A stretch of DNA of 64,000 bases from an uncultured delta proteobacterium (GTDB lineage: Bacteria > Desulfobacterota > Binatia > UBA9968). The stretch is taken from contig CAWJBB010000087.1 of NCBI GenBank assembly GCA_963840855.1, positions 108,235 through 172,234 of the forward strand, in the 5' to 3' direction. Under the pieces are notes generated by a model. It had not been told where the DNA came from. It searched no databases and saw nothing but the letters and a program-made list of their open reading frames with translations. Below are positions 33,966 through 45,735 of this stretch, in pieces; within the stretch, counting starts at the first letter, position 1; every line of letters begins with the position of its first letter. Made by a program: the position numbers and the translations under genes.

Positions 33966-34397
33966 ATGGCCACTACAAGCGAGTACAAGAAGCCTCTTCC
34001 TACCCCATCCCACGTCAGCCAGCCATTCTGGGATGCTGCGAAGGAACATCGCCTCACCTACCAACGCTGCACCGCATGTGGAACCCGGGTTTTCTACCCG
34101 CGCGACGTCTGCCCCGGGCCCGAGTGCTTCGGTGTTGGGACGTTGGAGTGGGTCGAGTCTAGCGGGAAGGGTTGGGTCTACGCTTCCTCGATCTCTTACC
34201 AGCCGGCCCACCCGGCGTTCGCTGACGACGTGCCCTACGTGCTCGCCATCATCGAGCTGGACGAGGGCGTGCGCATGCACAGCAATGTGGTCGGGATCGA
34301 TCCGAAAGAAGTCGAGATCGGCATGCGCGTCGAAGTCGTCTGGGACGAGGTCACGCCCGAGTTCAGCCTACCGAAGTTCCGCCCAATCCAGAAGTAA
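33966..34397 (+). CDS. Zn-ribbon/OB-fold DUF35 protein (thiolase partner)
   Basis: PFWDA, C..CG..FYPR..C, SSGKG, PYVLAIIELDEG.R. Confidence 0.9.
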   Translation: MATTSEYKKPLPTPSHVSQPFWDAAKEHRLTYQRCTACGTRVFYPRDVCPGPECFGVGTLEWVESSGKGWVYASSISYQPAHPAFADDVPYVLAIIELDEGVRMHSNVVGIDPKEVEIGMRVEVVWDEVTPEFSLPKFRPIQK

Positions 34398-34410
34398 TAG
34401 CCCGTAAGGG

Positions 34411-35001
34411 TCATGTCTTGGGGTCAAGTTGAGCTAGCTCCAAGACTTCCATGATGTGGCTGTTCCACTTGATCCAGCCGAACAGTTGAACTCTGGTGCC
34501 CGCCGCCGGTAAGCCATTGCTTCGTGGTTGGCTGAAACGACACCACAGCTCTCGTTGTTCTTCCAACCCGACGCAAAAAAATCCAGTGTCAGGATAAATT
34601 TCCTTCAGTTCGCCCTCATAAGAGACAGCCAGGCCGAATCGGCGCCAGAGCAATTTGACATAGAGGTCTGGCGCGTTATCGGCCGCCACCGGAGCGCCGC
34701 CGGCCGCATCTGTGTCGGTGGCTAACCAATAGCCTTGAATTCGATCGACTATGACCAAGGTCTCCCGCGGCAGACCGACGCCGTTGTACACTGATGCACC
34801 GGCAAAATTCAATTTTTTGAGATAGGCGACATCGTCAATCTGTTCGACGACCAGATCGAGGCTGCCGCGGCCGCGCCGTCCGGCCAGGAGGCGCAATCCG
34901 TCGAGCAGGGGTTCCGGCAATGGCGTATTGAAATAGGCGATCGTGTGGTCGGCCGATTCTAATCTGGCAACGAGGTCGCTTAGCGATATTCGCGGATTCA
35001 T
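34411..35001 (-). CDS. Hypothetical protein
   Basis: Open frame with protein-like composition; no clear family motif. Confidence 0.5.
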   Translation of the reverse strand: MNPRISLSDLVARLESADHTIAYFNTPLPEPLLDGLRLLAGRRGRGSLDLVVEQIDDVAYLKKLNFAGASVYNGVGLPRETLVIVDRIQGYWLATDTDAAGGAPVAADNAPDLYVKLLWRRFGLAVSYEGELKEIYPDTGFFCVGLEEQRELWCRFSQPRSNGLPAAGTRVQLFGWIKWNSHIMEVLELAQLDPKT

Positions 35002-35237
35002 CTTCGTTCGGTCTAATATTGCAATCGACGAGGGATTCTCGCTCGCGCCGCAAACCGGCGCAGTCATATGCAGCAATTCGGAAATTTGCTCGAAGTAGCC
35101 ACGCTCGAACTTTGAAGTTGGAACTTTTGAACCGCCGATAGGCCTTGAGCCGCGCGAGTTGCTGGAACGAAACGTCTGGAACAGGATTGAACCGCAGATT
35201 CTTCCAAATAGCCAATATCATGTCTGACTCCAAAGCG

Positions 35238-36787
35238 TTACTCGGCCGGCTTTTTCGACCGCGTGGCTGCGCGCGCCGGTGGCTTTTTCGGAGTCGCCTT
35301 TCGCGGCACACGCGCTGCCACAGGTGCAGCGGCCGCGACGCGGCTGCGCAGACGTCTCGGCTTGGTGCTATCGAGGGGCTCGGCCATCGTGTCGGTCGGG
35401 ATCGGCTCGACATTGAACCGATCCTCCTCGGCCTGTTCTTCCAGCTCGAATCGGTCCTTAGCTTCGACGGGTTGCGTATCCAGCGAGTCTAAACGCCCGG
35501 CTTCGGGTTCAGCTTTCGTCACTTCTTGGGATGGGTCGATCGCGGGCGACGGTCCGGTCTGCTGCAACGCCGGCCCCTTCAACACGCGCAGGCCTCCTCG
35601 ACGAGATCCCGCTCGAGTCGCACGAGGCCCTCGCGCTGACCTGCGCGCAGCAGATCGAGCAGCCCCATGAACCCGTATCGCCGCTCGTCGAATCCGCCCT
35701 CGGCGGCTCGTAAAAGCTGCTTGAAATTGCGCAAGTACATCGGCCACCGTGCCGTCGTGGCAGCGGTCAGGATCTGGCCCAGCGGACCGGACCCCGTCAG
35801 CCTGATCGCCCTTCGGCACGACTGGTGCCTCGACCGGGGCGCGCTGGGACGCCTGCACGGCCTCGGCCATCACCGCCCGCGGCTCGGTCTCGGCCGCCGG
35901 GCGCACCTGCATGACCTTCGTCGCCGGTCTCTGCGACGGCGACGGGCCGGCTCGCCACGACAGCGGTCGAAGAGCCGCTTTCGTCGAAATTTTCGTTCAG
36001 CTCAACCATAACGCTTCGACCGGCGTGCTTTAGCTGGACGAGACCCGATTGCGCCACCTTCTCGACGAAATCGAGGAACGACGACGTACCATACGTCCGC
36101 TCGGAGAAAGTCGAGTCAAGCTGGAGCAGCGTGCTCTTGAGCAGGCCGATCTGCGGCGAGACTTCGCGCTCGGACAGGATCTTCAGCGCGCGCCGCACAA
36201 TGGGGAACGCCTGCGCGATGGGCGCGGAGGCGGCGGGCACTGCCGGACGCCCGCTCCTGGCGACCCGGCGGCGGCCTCCCGTCAGGTTCTCATAGGCGAT
36301 GAACTCGTGGCAGTTGCGCTGGAGGATAGTGCTGGTGAACGCTCGGCCGCCGACGACGAACACTTTCTTATCGTATTGCTTGAGCTTTTCGACAAGCGAG
36401 AGGAAGTCGCTGTCGCCGCCGACGATCACGTACGCGTTGATATGCGGGTGCGTGAAGACCATTTCGAGGGCATCGAGCGCCAGGTTGATGTCGGCCCCGT
36501 TCTTGTCGCCGCCAGGGCATGAGGTTGCGCTGTACCAGGCGGATGGCGTGCTGCGTGAGATGCCGGCTGTATTCGCCCGCGCGCGTCCAGTCGGCGTAGG
36601 CGATCTTGGTGACCACCTCGCCGCGCTCCTTTAAGGCGTCGAGGATGGCGCCGACGTCGAAATTTTCACCAAGCGTCGATTTGACGCCAATCTCGACGTT
36701 GTCGAAGTCGATGAACACCGCGATGTTGAGACGGTCCTGATTGGGCAAGGGAACTTCCTTTTCGTTTCTACTACCGACAGCTGCCAT
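35238..36787 (-). CDS. NYN (LabA/DUF88) domain protein with OST-HTH and low-complexity tail (frameshifted)
   Basis: AVFIDFDN, AYADW, KNGADINLALDA, GDSDF, FSERTYG.SSF. Confidence 0.8.
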
Positions 36788-37612
36788 TTCCGCCCCGCCC
36801 GGCCACCCGGTGCGATGTATCGAAAATTTAAGCCACCTGCGTTCTGACCTAAAATTTATCGCTCAACGAGCGAGGATGTCGATCGTCGTAGGAGGAAAAT
36901 TCGCGGAGAGAGTCACGCGGTCTGGCCGCCACTTGGAAGATCAGGACGTTGCCGAATTCGAGTTTGAAAAGCTGCAATCTTGAAAGGGGTTAGCGCTTCT
37001 CTCGTTTGAAGATGGAGCGTCCTTGGCAATGAAAACGGGCGAAGAATCAGATAGCAAACAACTAAATCCCAACACCATGCCCGTGCCGAAAACCGTGGGC
37101 GTGACGATGGCGCGAGCCGGCGGGCGGTGGAGCTTTGCGGCGCCGTGACGCCTAGCGGTTGGCATTCAGCGGGGTCCGTACTCGACGGGATCGGACGAAT
37201 GAAAAGCGGGACAAATCGCTGTGGCGGCCCATAATCGAGCGCTAGATGTCAAGATTCAAAATTTGACCCTAATCACCACTCCTTCGACCTATCCGCCCCG
37301 ATGGATCCGATGGCAATGTGGCGATGCAGAATAAGTCATAACTCAAGCCAGACCCTTAGCTTCACTTTATTCGACGCAAGCTAACCGGCTCACTCCCGCG
37401 CGCACCGCAACTCCGCAGCGATGATGTCGTCCCTTGACAGCAAGAGTCAAGATTTGACCCTTTACATCCCCTGGTTAGCAGAGGGGGGAGACTTTTGTAT
37501 TTCAACTTTTTGTCAACTGTTGTGATTTAAAAGTGACCCGAGCAGTCTCGTTTAAACTGAGAGAAGTCTATAGGTGTTAGCTTTTACTCTGGCTCCCCCG
37601 CACAAAAAGATT

Positions 37613-37708
37613 GTATGGTGAGCGTGATGCGGCGCAAGAAAAGCATATCGCCGGCGGTGATCGAACAAATTCTCTGCGACAACCCCGCGACGCTTCTACG
37701 GACTGTAG
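37613..37708 (+). repeat. Duplicated 3' end of the amidohydrolase (matches 29589-29683)
   Basis: gtatggtg..gtgatgcggcgcaagaaaagcatatcgccggcggtgatcgaa.aaattctctgcgacaaccc..cgcttctacggact nearly identical. Confidence 0.9.
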
Positions 37709-38184
37709 CGGGAGATTTGTCTTTTCGTGTTTAAGCGAACCGTTTAACTCTAGAGTGGCGACGATACCGACCAAGTAGGAGAATCAAGGGGAGCCAACTC
37801 AGACTTCATTTCTATACTTCGTTTCAAGATAGTCATGATATAAAAGTCTGCCCCTTGATCCTTTACTCTCAAGTGGCCCAGAATGTTTGAGGGAGGATTC
37901 CGGGCAAGCTGCGCGGGAATTGGTTAAATGTCAAGAAAGACGTGCCCCCCTACCTTTTCGTACTGCGAGCGCTATAACCGCATCCATTTGACTCACCAGC
38001 GATAAGCCGCAGAAGCCGACGATATGGCAGGAAAATGTGATGTCCAACGATCCCAATCGGCTATACTACGTATATGCAAAAACGCCCAAGGCTTTCGCTT
38101 GTATCAGTACCTCACTTATTGACAATTCGGTGGATAGATGAGTAGGCATATGCCATAGTGCGTCCTATACGGATTACGAGAACT

Positions 38185-39164
38185 ATGGCAAAAGCCGAAC
38201 AAATTATCGAATTGCTTAAGAGTCACGTCGCCGGTGACGATCATCGTTTTTTCGCTATAGCCATGCAGGTTGCTGCGCATGAAGCACAGCAAGGGCACGA
38301 AAAATTAGCCCAAGAACTCAAAGCGTTGATTGATAAAGCGAAGGAAAAGCAATCCGCCATTACGAACAAAGCTTCCGTCACAAATCTTATCCAGCCCAAA
38401 GGGGATCTGGCGAATCTGCTCTCGGCCGAATATACGGACATTACCTTCGCACGCCTGACCTTTTCGGCCGCTCTCACAAGACGATTCAAGCGTATCATTC
38501 GTGAGCAATTGCAGCACCAGGCGCTCTCTCGGCACGGACTTAAACCCCGAAGGAAAATTCTTCTCTATGGCCCTCCCGGCACCGGCAAAACAATAACTGC
38601 TTCAGCACTGGCAGGAGAATTACATCTCCCGTTGTTTACGATTCGGCTGGACGGTCTCATCACCAAATTCATGGGGGAAACCGCCACCAAACTCCGCTTG
38701 ATCTTTGACGCGATGAAAACAACTCGCGCGGTATATTTCTTTGATGAATTCGACGCTATCGGCGGAGCCAGACACCTAGGCAATGATGTCGGTGAAATAC
38801 GTCGTGTGCTCAATTCTTATTTGCAGTTCATGGAACAGGATCAATCAGACAGTATTATTCTGGCGGCTACAAATTTTGTAAAACTGCTGATACTCCTCTC
38901 TTTAGGCGTTTTGACGATGTCATTGAATACGGCTTGCCTGACAAGGATCAAATTGAACGTGTTATTCGTAATCGTTTGCACGCCTTCACGCTGACACCGA
39001 TCGACTGGCAGGGCGTCGTTTTGGAAGCTGAGGGGTTAAGCCATGCGGAACTAACCCGCGCTAGCGATGAGGCGGCTAAGGAGTCGATCCTATCCGGGTT
39101 AGAAGCTGTTTCTCAGCAATTACTCTTGGACGCGATTCAGGAAAGAAAACATGCTGGTGCTTGA
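38185..39164 (+). CDS. AAA+ ATPase, IetA-like, copy 2
   Basis: MAKAEQI..LLKSH, GPPGTGKT, FFDEFDAIG, DVGEIRR; frameshift near 38890. Confidence 0.9.
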
Positions 39165-41662
39165 ATGCCGCCTCGCACACAATTGCCGCACATACAGCTG
39201 CCCGGCACCATCGAGCGGACTGATTTCTCTCCCATAACAAGACCGCCCGGCGACAAACCACCGCTAACAGCTAGGCAACAGCGTTATCTCCACGCCAACA
39301 CACTGACAGAAGAACTCGCTATGGCTGTGCAGCAGCGTATCGAGATGATTCAGCGCCTGCGCATCCCCGATCAAGAAATAGTACCGGGCGTCTGCTTGGA
39401 TATTGAGGGATCAGCAGCCAATCGGCTCGATCTCGATGCATTAGAAAATAGATCCTCGCCGAAATTTCCTATTGAACTCTTGAATGTGCGGGTAACCGAC
39501 GGCAACTTGAAAGCCACCATTTTCGTGCCCGAAAAGCGGCTTGAATCACTTAGAGCCAGGATTACTAAGTATGGCGATGAATCAGCTGACCCAAGAGGGA
39601 ACAAAAGGCTTGACTATCTCTATCGACTCGATCGAGGCTCTAAAATTAGCCGATCTAAATTCCTTTTGGATGGAAAACACTGAACTGCCGATTGATAAAA
39701 ACCACGCCTACGTTTGGGAGGCTTGGCTTAGAAAAGGTGCTGTCGGTGCGCTAAGAAACAAGGAAAGATGCCTTAGGCATCAAAGTTTCCGCACATTCGC
39801 TCAATTTCCATGAATGTGAAATCTGCTTACTAACATCGTCACTAAATACATTGGCTATGCTGCAAATCGCGGCGGCGCCACTAGTAGCATTCCGTCATCG
39901 AGAAGAAGCGCCGAGTTTTTTCACCAGCCTTTCACCGGCAGACCAAGCGGACTGGGCAGACAATTTACAAGCGCGCTTGCAATCAGCGCCGCAAGATGCC
40001 CCAGCAGTATGCGTGTTGGATACCGGCGTGCTGAATTCAAATAGGCTGTTGGCCTCGTCTTTAGCGGATACTGATTGCGATACTTACGATACAGCGTGGG
40101 GCAAGGATGATTCTCATGGTCATGGTACAGAGATCGCCGGACTCGCATTGCTTGGGGATTTAACGCCTCTGCTGGTCGATAGTGAATCCGTGACGCTTAA
40201 GCACCGCCTCGAGTCAGTGAAGAATTGCCGGTATCGGGACAGAACCCCGAGGAACTATACGGCTGGATTACACAGGAAAGCGTTTCGCGCGCTAAAATCA
40301 ATGCGCCACGGCGCAAGCGCGTACTCTGTGTTGCGGTCACAAACCCGGGTAAAAATACGAACGGCAGGCCGACCGCTTGGTCTGCGACGATTGATAAGCT
40401 CAGTATGGGCGTGGGCGCTGGTTCGGACTTTCCTATCGATGATGAGGATAAAGAAGCTCTTTTTCGTATCCGTCGGCAACATTCGCGATAATCTACGGCA
40501 TGGCGAATATTCAGCAAGGAATGATGTTGAGCCGGTCGAAAATCCGGCGCAATCATAGAATGCCTTAAGCGTCGGTGGTGCCACCTTCACAACCTTTAGC
40601 GAAGAAAGAGAGTTGGATCGTTGGAGTCTGGTCGCCGGTAGGGGGGACATTTCCCCCACCAGCCGAACGTCCGTAGCCTGGGACGAAAAGGATTGGCCGA
40701 TCAAGCCGGATATTGTCCTTGAAGGTGGAAATTGTGTTTCCGATGGTAGCCTAGTCTCGCATGATGCAGATCTCGGCTTATTGACTACTGGGCGCGATAT
40801 ACCGCTGATCTATACCTGCGAAACCAGCGCCGCTACTGCCCAGGGGGCGCGCATGGCTGCTACACTGCAAGCCGAGTATCCTGACTACTGGCCGGAGACA
40901 ATTCGGGGATTGCTAATACACAGCGCTCGGTGGAATAACGCAATGTTCCGCAATCAGCGACTTAACCAAATGCGGGCCGAGGATAAAAAGAAAATCTCCT
41001 CCGGCGATTTGGCTATGGTGTGCCTGATTTTGGGATTGCTCAATATAGTGCATCCAATAGGGCTTGTTTGATTTCGCAGCACCATATACAGCCATTTACC
41101 TGTGGAGATGATGAGAGAAACGCTGGGTATATGGATATGAATATCCATACGCTGCCCTGGCCTTCCGAATATTTGAAAGAAAATGGCACGGTCAAGGTAT
41201 GGCTGCGGGTTACGCTCTCCTATTTCATTGAACCCAACCCAGCGGAAAGATTGCCGACGCAAAAATATAGTTACGCTTCGCATCGGCTGAAATTCGAGTT
41301 GCAGCGCCCACTCGAAACTTCTGATATTTTACGCCAACGAATGAATAAAAGGGACAGGCCAGAAGGAATTAAATTTAAATCCGTCGATAGCACGAACAAT
41401 TGGCTCCTAGGCCCGAATAGTCGCAACAAGGGTTCTATAGTTTCTGACGTTTGGATATGCACGGCAGCGGAATTGGCAGATCAAAACACCATCGTCATCA
41501 TACCAGAAGGAGGCTGGTGGAAGTATCGCAAGCATCTTAAACGCGGCAATGAAAAAGGCGCGTTACTCCTTGATAGTTACACTTGAAACCGAAAATCAGG
41601 AACTCGATATCTACACTAGAATTCAAAACGTCATTGCTGCGCCCACGGTAATAACGACTTAA
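39165..41662 (+). CDS. S8 protease, IetS-like, copy 2 (frameshifted)
   Basis: VLDTGV, HGTEIAG, ETSAA triad; IKPDIVLEGGN; WPETIRGLLIHSA; LSYFIEPNP. Confidence 0.85.
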
Positions 41663-41717
41663 CCTTACTCCTTAACAAGCTGAGGGAATAAGTTGAGGGT
41701 CAATGCGACCCCAATTG

Positions 41718-41890
41718 CTCCTTCGACATCGACGTAGAGCGCGACAAGCGGCGCGGGCGCACGCCGGGCTCGCCCCAGCGTAAGGAGTTTCCCTTCTTGA
41801 CCGGCCAGCCGGAGGATATCCGGCAAGCCTTCCGCCGCGCGATGGGTATCGACGCCGAAGTGCCGCGCGACGTTCGCTCGCCCGGCTAAA
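41718..41890 (+). pseudogene. GC-rich 3' gene remnant of unknown family
   Basis: Codon-like frame SFDIDVERDKRR...RSPG* with no start, after a gggtc..gacccc mini-hairpin. Confidence 0.4.
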
Positions 41891-41908
41891 CTACGTCGAG
41901 TTCCTCGA

Positions 41909-42694
41909 TCAGACTGCCGCCAGATTCTTGCTCACATCCGGCCACGGATCGGGCATCTTTTCGTAGCGCTGCCAATCCTGCGGGCGCAACCATTGGGTAA
42001 ACGCCTTATCGTAGGACGGGCGCGCTTTGGCGCGCTCCCACCACGCTGTGATGCCGGGCTTGTGATCCCACAGGCGCGCGAGCCGCAACATCTCCAGACG
42101 CATCATGTAGGGAATGGCGGCGATGTCGGCCAGCGAATAGTCCGGGCCGGCGAGCCAGGCGGATTTTTCCGTCGACTCTTCGATCCACTTGAGCAACTTC
42201 ATGAAGCTCTTGGTCGCTTCCTTCCCTGCCGGCGATCCAATGCCTTCCTCGACGCCGGCGCGCTTGTACTCGGCCTGGCGCTGCAGCGGCATCTTGGCAT
42301 ACTGCTCGGAGCGTTGTTCAGGAGTCAAGCCGGCGAAGCGGCCGCGGTTGGCCGTTGCAAACGTATAGACGATGCACGCCGGATGGATGTATTCGTCCAT
42401 GAGCTTTTTGAAAAGATGGGCGCGCGTCCGGTCGAGCGGCGCGCGCGGCATCAGCGGCGGATCGGGAAAGAGATCGTCGAGGTAGTGGATGATCACGGTG
42501 GACTCGACGATGATCGTGCCGTCGTGTACCAGCGTCGGCACCACGCCGTTGGGATTGATCTTCAAATACTCCGGGGTGAGATGATCGCCGTTCAACTCAA
42601 GCAGGTGGCTCTGCCACTCAAGCCCCTTTTCTGCGAGAGTGAGCCGCACCTTCTGCGCGCACACCGAAGTGGTGCCATGATAAAGCTCCAGCAT
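41909..42694 (-). CDS. Glutathione S-transferase family protein
   Basis: SVCAQKVR, INPNGVVPTL, ESTVI..YLD, YSLADIA. Confidence 0.9.
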   Translation of the reverse strand: MLELYHGTTSVCAQKVRLTLAEKGLEWQSHLLELNGDHLTPEYLKINPNGVVPTLVHDGTIIVESTVIIHYLDDLFPDPPLMPRAPLDRTRAHLFKKLMDEYIHPACIVYTFATANRGRFAGLTPEQRSEQYAKMPLQRQAEYKRAGVEEGIGSPAGKEATKSFMKLLKWIEESTEKSAWLAGPDYSLADIAAIPYMMRLEMLRLARLWDHKPGITAWWERAKARPSYDKAFTQWLRPQDWQRYEKMPDPWPDVSKNLAAV

Positions 42695-43064
42695 GATTCC
42701 TCCCGATTCATCTAACCACGAGGCGATGCATGAGCTTACGTTACAGCGAAAATGAAAACCATAGAGATCATTCGCGGCTTGTCGGATCCAAATAGGTCAT
42801 TCGCACGACAACGGGTTACCCGCAGTTCGTGACGCGGCGGGTCTTGGCCACGAGTGTGGGCGGACATCGGGGACCGCTCAACCTGACCCCATGTGTGATC
42901 CGCAATGCCTTGGTGCTCGGCACAGAGCTTTCCGTCAGTTGTTAGCTCCGCGTGAGCATCGCAAGCCCCCGCCTTCTGGAACGAAGGCACAGTATAAAAG
43001 TTTCTCATTTTCCGATAAGACAAGAGGTCAGATGTTCGAGCGAGCGGTAAGGTTACGGAGACGT

Positions 43065-43697
43065 ATGACGAGTATGAAAACTTTCTCTGCGCTATTTTTG
43101 CTGGCGGTTTTGTTGTCCGGCTGCACCCCGACGTTTCGGGCGGCGAGCGCGGTCACGCTGGGAAGGCAGGAGTTATTCCAGGGACAAAATGCAGACGCGC
43201 TCGAATCTTTTGAAGTCGCCGCGCGAGTGTCTCCGGATTATTCGTTCGGCATCGATCGTCCCGAGGGCGTTCTAAGTTATCTGGGCCGATCGCAGTATCT
43301 CAACGGTCAATATCCTCAGGCGCGCCAGACCTTGGAACGTGATCTTGCCCGAGACGAGGGTAACAGTCTATCGCGTTTGTATTTGGGCCTGACGTTGGTT
43401 CGGCTCAACGACCGGCAGAACGGGCTGCGCGCTATGATCTGGGGCTTGAGTGGAATCCCTTTTTACATCAACTACGTCGTTGACAGAGCGGATGCGAAGG
43501 ATGTTCGTCGCTTCTGGGATCGTCACAATCAGATACGGAACGCAGTCGCTATTGCTCTCAAAATGGCCGAACGCCAGGATCTCAATTGGAACGCGCTTAT
43601 ATCACTCAGCGAGAGAATCGCCCTGGCCTGGGAGCAGGAGCCGGATTTTACCCGAATGTCGCCTGAGATGAATCGCCCCTACAACCTCACTCCGTAG
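43065..43697 (+). CDS. TPR-like lipoprotein
   Basis: Lipobox LLSGC; helical YLGRSQY/LYLGLTL repeats. Confidence 0.65.
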   Translation: MTSMKTFSALFLLAVLLSGCTPTFRAASAVTLGRQELFQGQNADALESFEVAARVSPDYSFGIDRPEGVLSYLGRSQYLNGQYPQARQTLERDLARDEGNSLSRLYLGLTLVRLNDRQNGLRAMIWGLSGIPFYINYVVDRADAKDVRRFWDRHNQIRNAVAIALKMAERQDLNWNALISLSERIALAWEQEPDFTRMSPEMNRPYNLTP

Positions 43698-43867
43698 TGA
43701 ATACTTTACCTGACTACAAACTCATGGCCGTGTGACCATGAATATTGTGCAAATGTGTGTGACGCCCATGTGTGATGGATATCGGCAGGGCTCGAAACGG
43801 CGGCAGGCTTTTGCACGGGCTGGCGGCTTCGTATAGTCGTATCAAGTAATTTTATAGGGGAAAAACA

Positions 43868-44725
43868 ATGGCGGAAATGCACCTGCCCGACATCGATCTT
43901 GAGGGCCGTGTCGTCATCATGACCGGCGCCGACCGCGGCCTTGGCCGCGCGATGAGCCTCGGCCTCGCAAAAAAGGGCGCGCGCCTGGTGCTGGCCTCGC
44001 CGGTCATAGACGGTCTCAACGCGGTGGCGGGGGAGATCGCCGCCATCGCCGGGCCGGGCCGGGCGCTCGCCGTCGAGACCGACATCACCGATTTGAAATC
44101 CTGCGCAAACTGTCTGAGGGCCGCCGTCGACGCCTTCGGAGTGCTCCATGTGCTGGTCAACAACGCCCGCCGCCTGCGCCGCGACTCTGGTAAGCCGGAG
44201 GCCGCCGGGCATCTCCCCTTTTGGGCCGTCGATCCGGTTCTGTACCGCGAGACGGTGGAGGTCAACGTCGCCGGCACCTTCTTCATGTCGCGCACCGTCA
44301 CGCCCTACTTCATCGAGATGGGCTACGGCAAGATCATCAACCTCACTACCTCGGTGCGCAATTTCTACTCGGTGGGCCAGAGCCCCTACGGCGTCACCAA
44401 GGCGGCCATCGATTCGTCCACCTATATTTGGGCGCGCGACCTCGAAGGCAAAGGCGTCACGGTCAATGCGCTGCTGCCCGGCGGCGCCTGCGACAGCGGC
44501 GACGTCAACCGCCCGCCCGAACCCGGGCGCACGCTGCTCCCCGCCGATATCATGAACCCGCTTCTGGTGTGGATGTGCTCGGCCCGCTCGGACGGCGCGA
44601 CCGGCACGCGCTTCGTCGGCGCGCTCTGGGACAATTCCCTTGACCCGGATCAAGCCGCCGCCGGCTGCCTGGAGGACGCCTCGATCCGTGGCGCCGGGGC
44701 GCGGGATTCTAAGGTCAAGTCTTGA
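43868..44725 (+). CDS. SDR family oxidoreductase
   Basis: TGADRGLG, LVNNA, YGVTK (YxxxK), NALLPG. Confidence 0.9.
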   Translation: MAEMHLPDIDLEGRVVIMTGADRGLGRAMSLGLAKKGARLVLASPVIDGLNAVAGEIAAIAGPGRALAVETDITDLKSCANCLRAAVDAFGVLHVLVNNARRLRRDSGKPEAAGHLPFWAVDPVLYRETVEVNVAGTFFMSRTVTPYFIEMGYGKIINLTTSVRNFYSVGQSPYGVTKAAIDSSTYIWARDLEGKGVTVNALLPGGACDSGDVNRPPEPGRTLLPADIMNPLLVWMCSARSDGATGTRFVGALWDNSLDPDQAAAGCLEDASIRGAGARDSKVKS

Positions 44726-44768
44726 ATCTTGCTGTCGCCTCGTTTTAGACCGTTTGCTACCGGTCACT

Positions 44769-45270
44769 CTACATCTTGGCAACCAAGCCACTACCATGTT
44801 CGGCAATCACGGCGTCATAATCGTCGACCCGCGTGTTCACGTCCATGGCCCGCACGCGATAGACGTCACCGTGGGACGCGGGGAAGGGTTCGATGCCCTG
44901 CTGGAGTTCACGGGCCAGATTCAGCAGCCGGCGGCGCGCCGTGATGATCGCCGGGTCGCTGGTGCCGAGGTGCTCCTTGCGGCGGTCGTAGATCGGGCCC
45001 ATGCTTTCCTGTATTGCGCGATCCTGATCGTTGACGCCCCAGATACCGGTGTAGGTCGTCGTGCGCTGGATCTCGCGATCGAGCAGGTAGTCATTCGCCA
45101 TATTGCGCTTCGGTATGAACGTGCCGGGGATTAAGTCAGGGGGAACGCGCGACCTGTGCGGCGCATCGCAAGGTCCTGGTCGGTCAGCGGACGCTCCGGG
45201 TGGTAGATGATGTAGAAGGTCATGGTGCGATTGTCGTCGACCGGAATCCAGGCTCGTCCGCCGGCTGGGA
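44769..45270 (-). pseudogene. 3' remnant of a Rieske oxygenase alpha subunit
   Basis: AWIPVDD, DREIQR..YTGI.GVNDQD.AIQESMG, EHLGTSD; 5' part absent. Confidence 0.75.
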
Positions 45271-45416
45271 AGCGGAGCGGGTTTGGTATTTCTGAAAACC
45301 GGATTTCAGTCGTCGATTTGCATGGCGCTGAAGAAGTGTCCGATGCCCTTGCCGGGGCACTTATCGCGAGTATTTGCGGGCTTGTGGGTAGGACTCTGAT
45401 TGCGTAGTATTTCTAC

Positions 45417-45731
45417 GTGGACCTGGATGCGCTTAAGGAAAAGGTTCGGACGGGGAAATACAGCATTGCGTTTACTCACACAGACAAATTACGTAGACGG
45501 CGCATAAGCGCAGGTGACATTGAGCTCTGTATCGAAAATGGAATAGTCATCTAGGATTATCCCACCGATGCACGAGGTGCCAGTTGTTTGATTTTGGGTG
45601 TTGTTGGTGGACGGCCGTTGCATGTTGTTTGCGGACGGTTGGATAGCGAGGACATTCTAATCATAACCGCCTGTGAGCCGGACCCCGATGAGTGGGAAGC
45701 CGATACGCGGACACGAAATGGGAAGATCTAG
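45417..45731 (+). pseudogene. DUF4258-family putative toxin with an internal TAG at 45552
   Basis: G.VI*DYP.D.RG.SCLILG...RPLHVVC...IITA.EPD..EW; not in the ORF track. Confidence 0.75.
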
Positions 45732-45735
45732 TACG

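Noticed and set aside
36790-38150. Long intergenic region as a structured ncRNA or hidden gene
   Set aside because: Only short repeats and a duplicated gene tail could be supported; no recognisable RNA family or credible ORF
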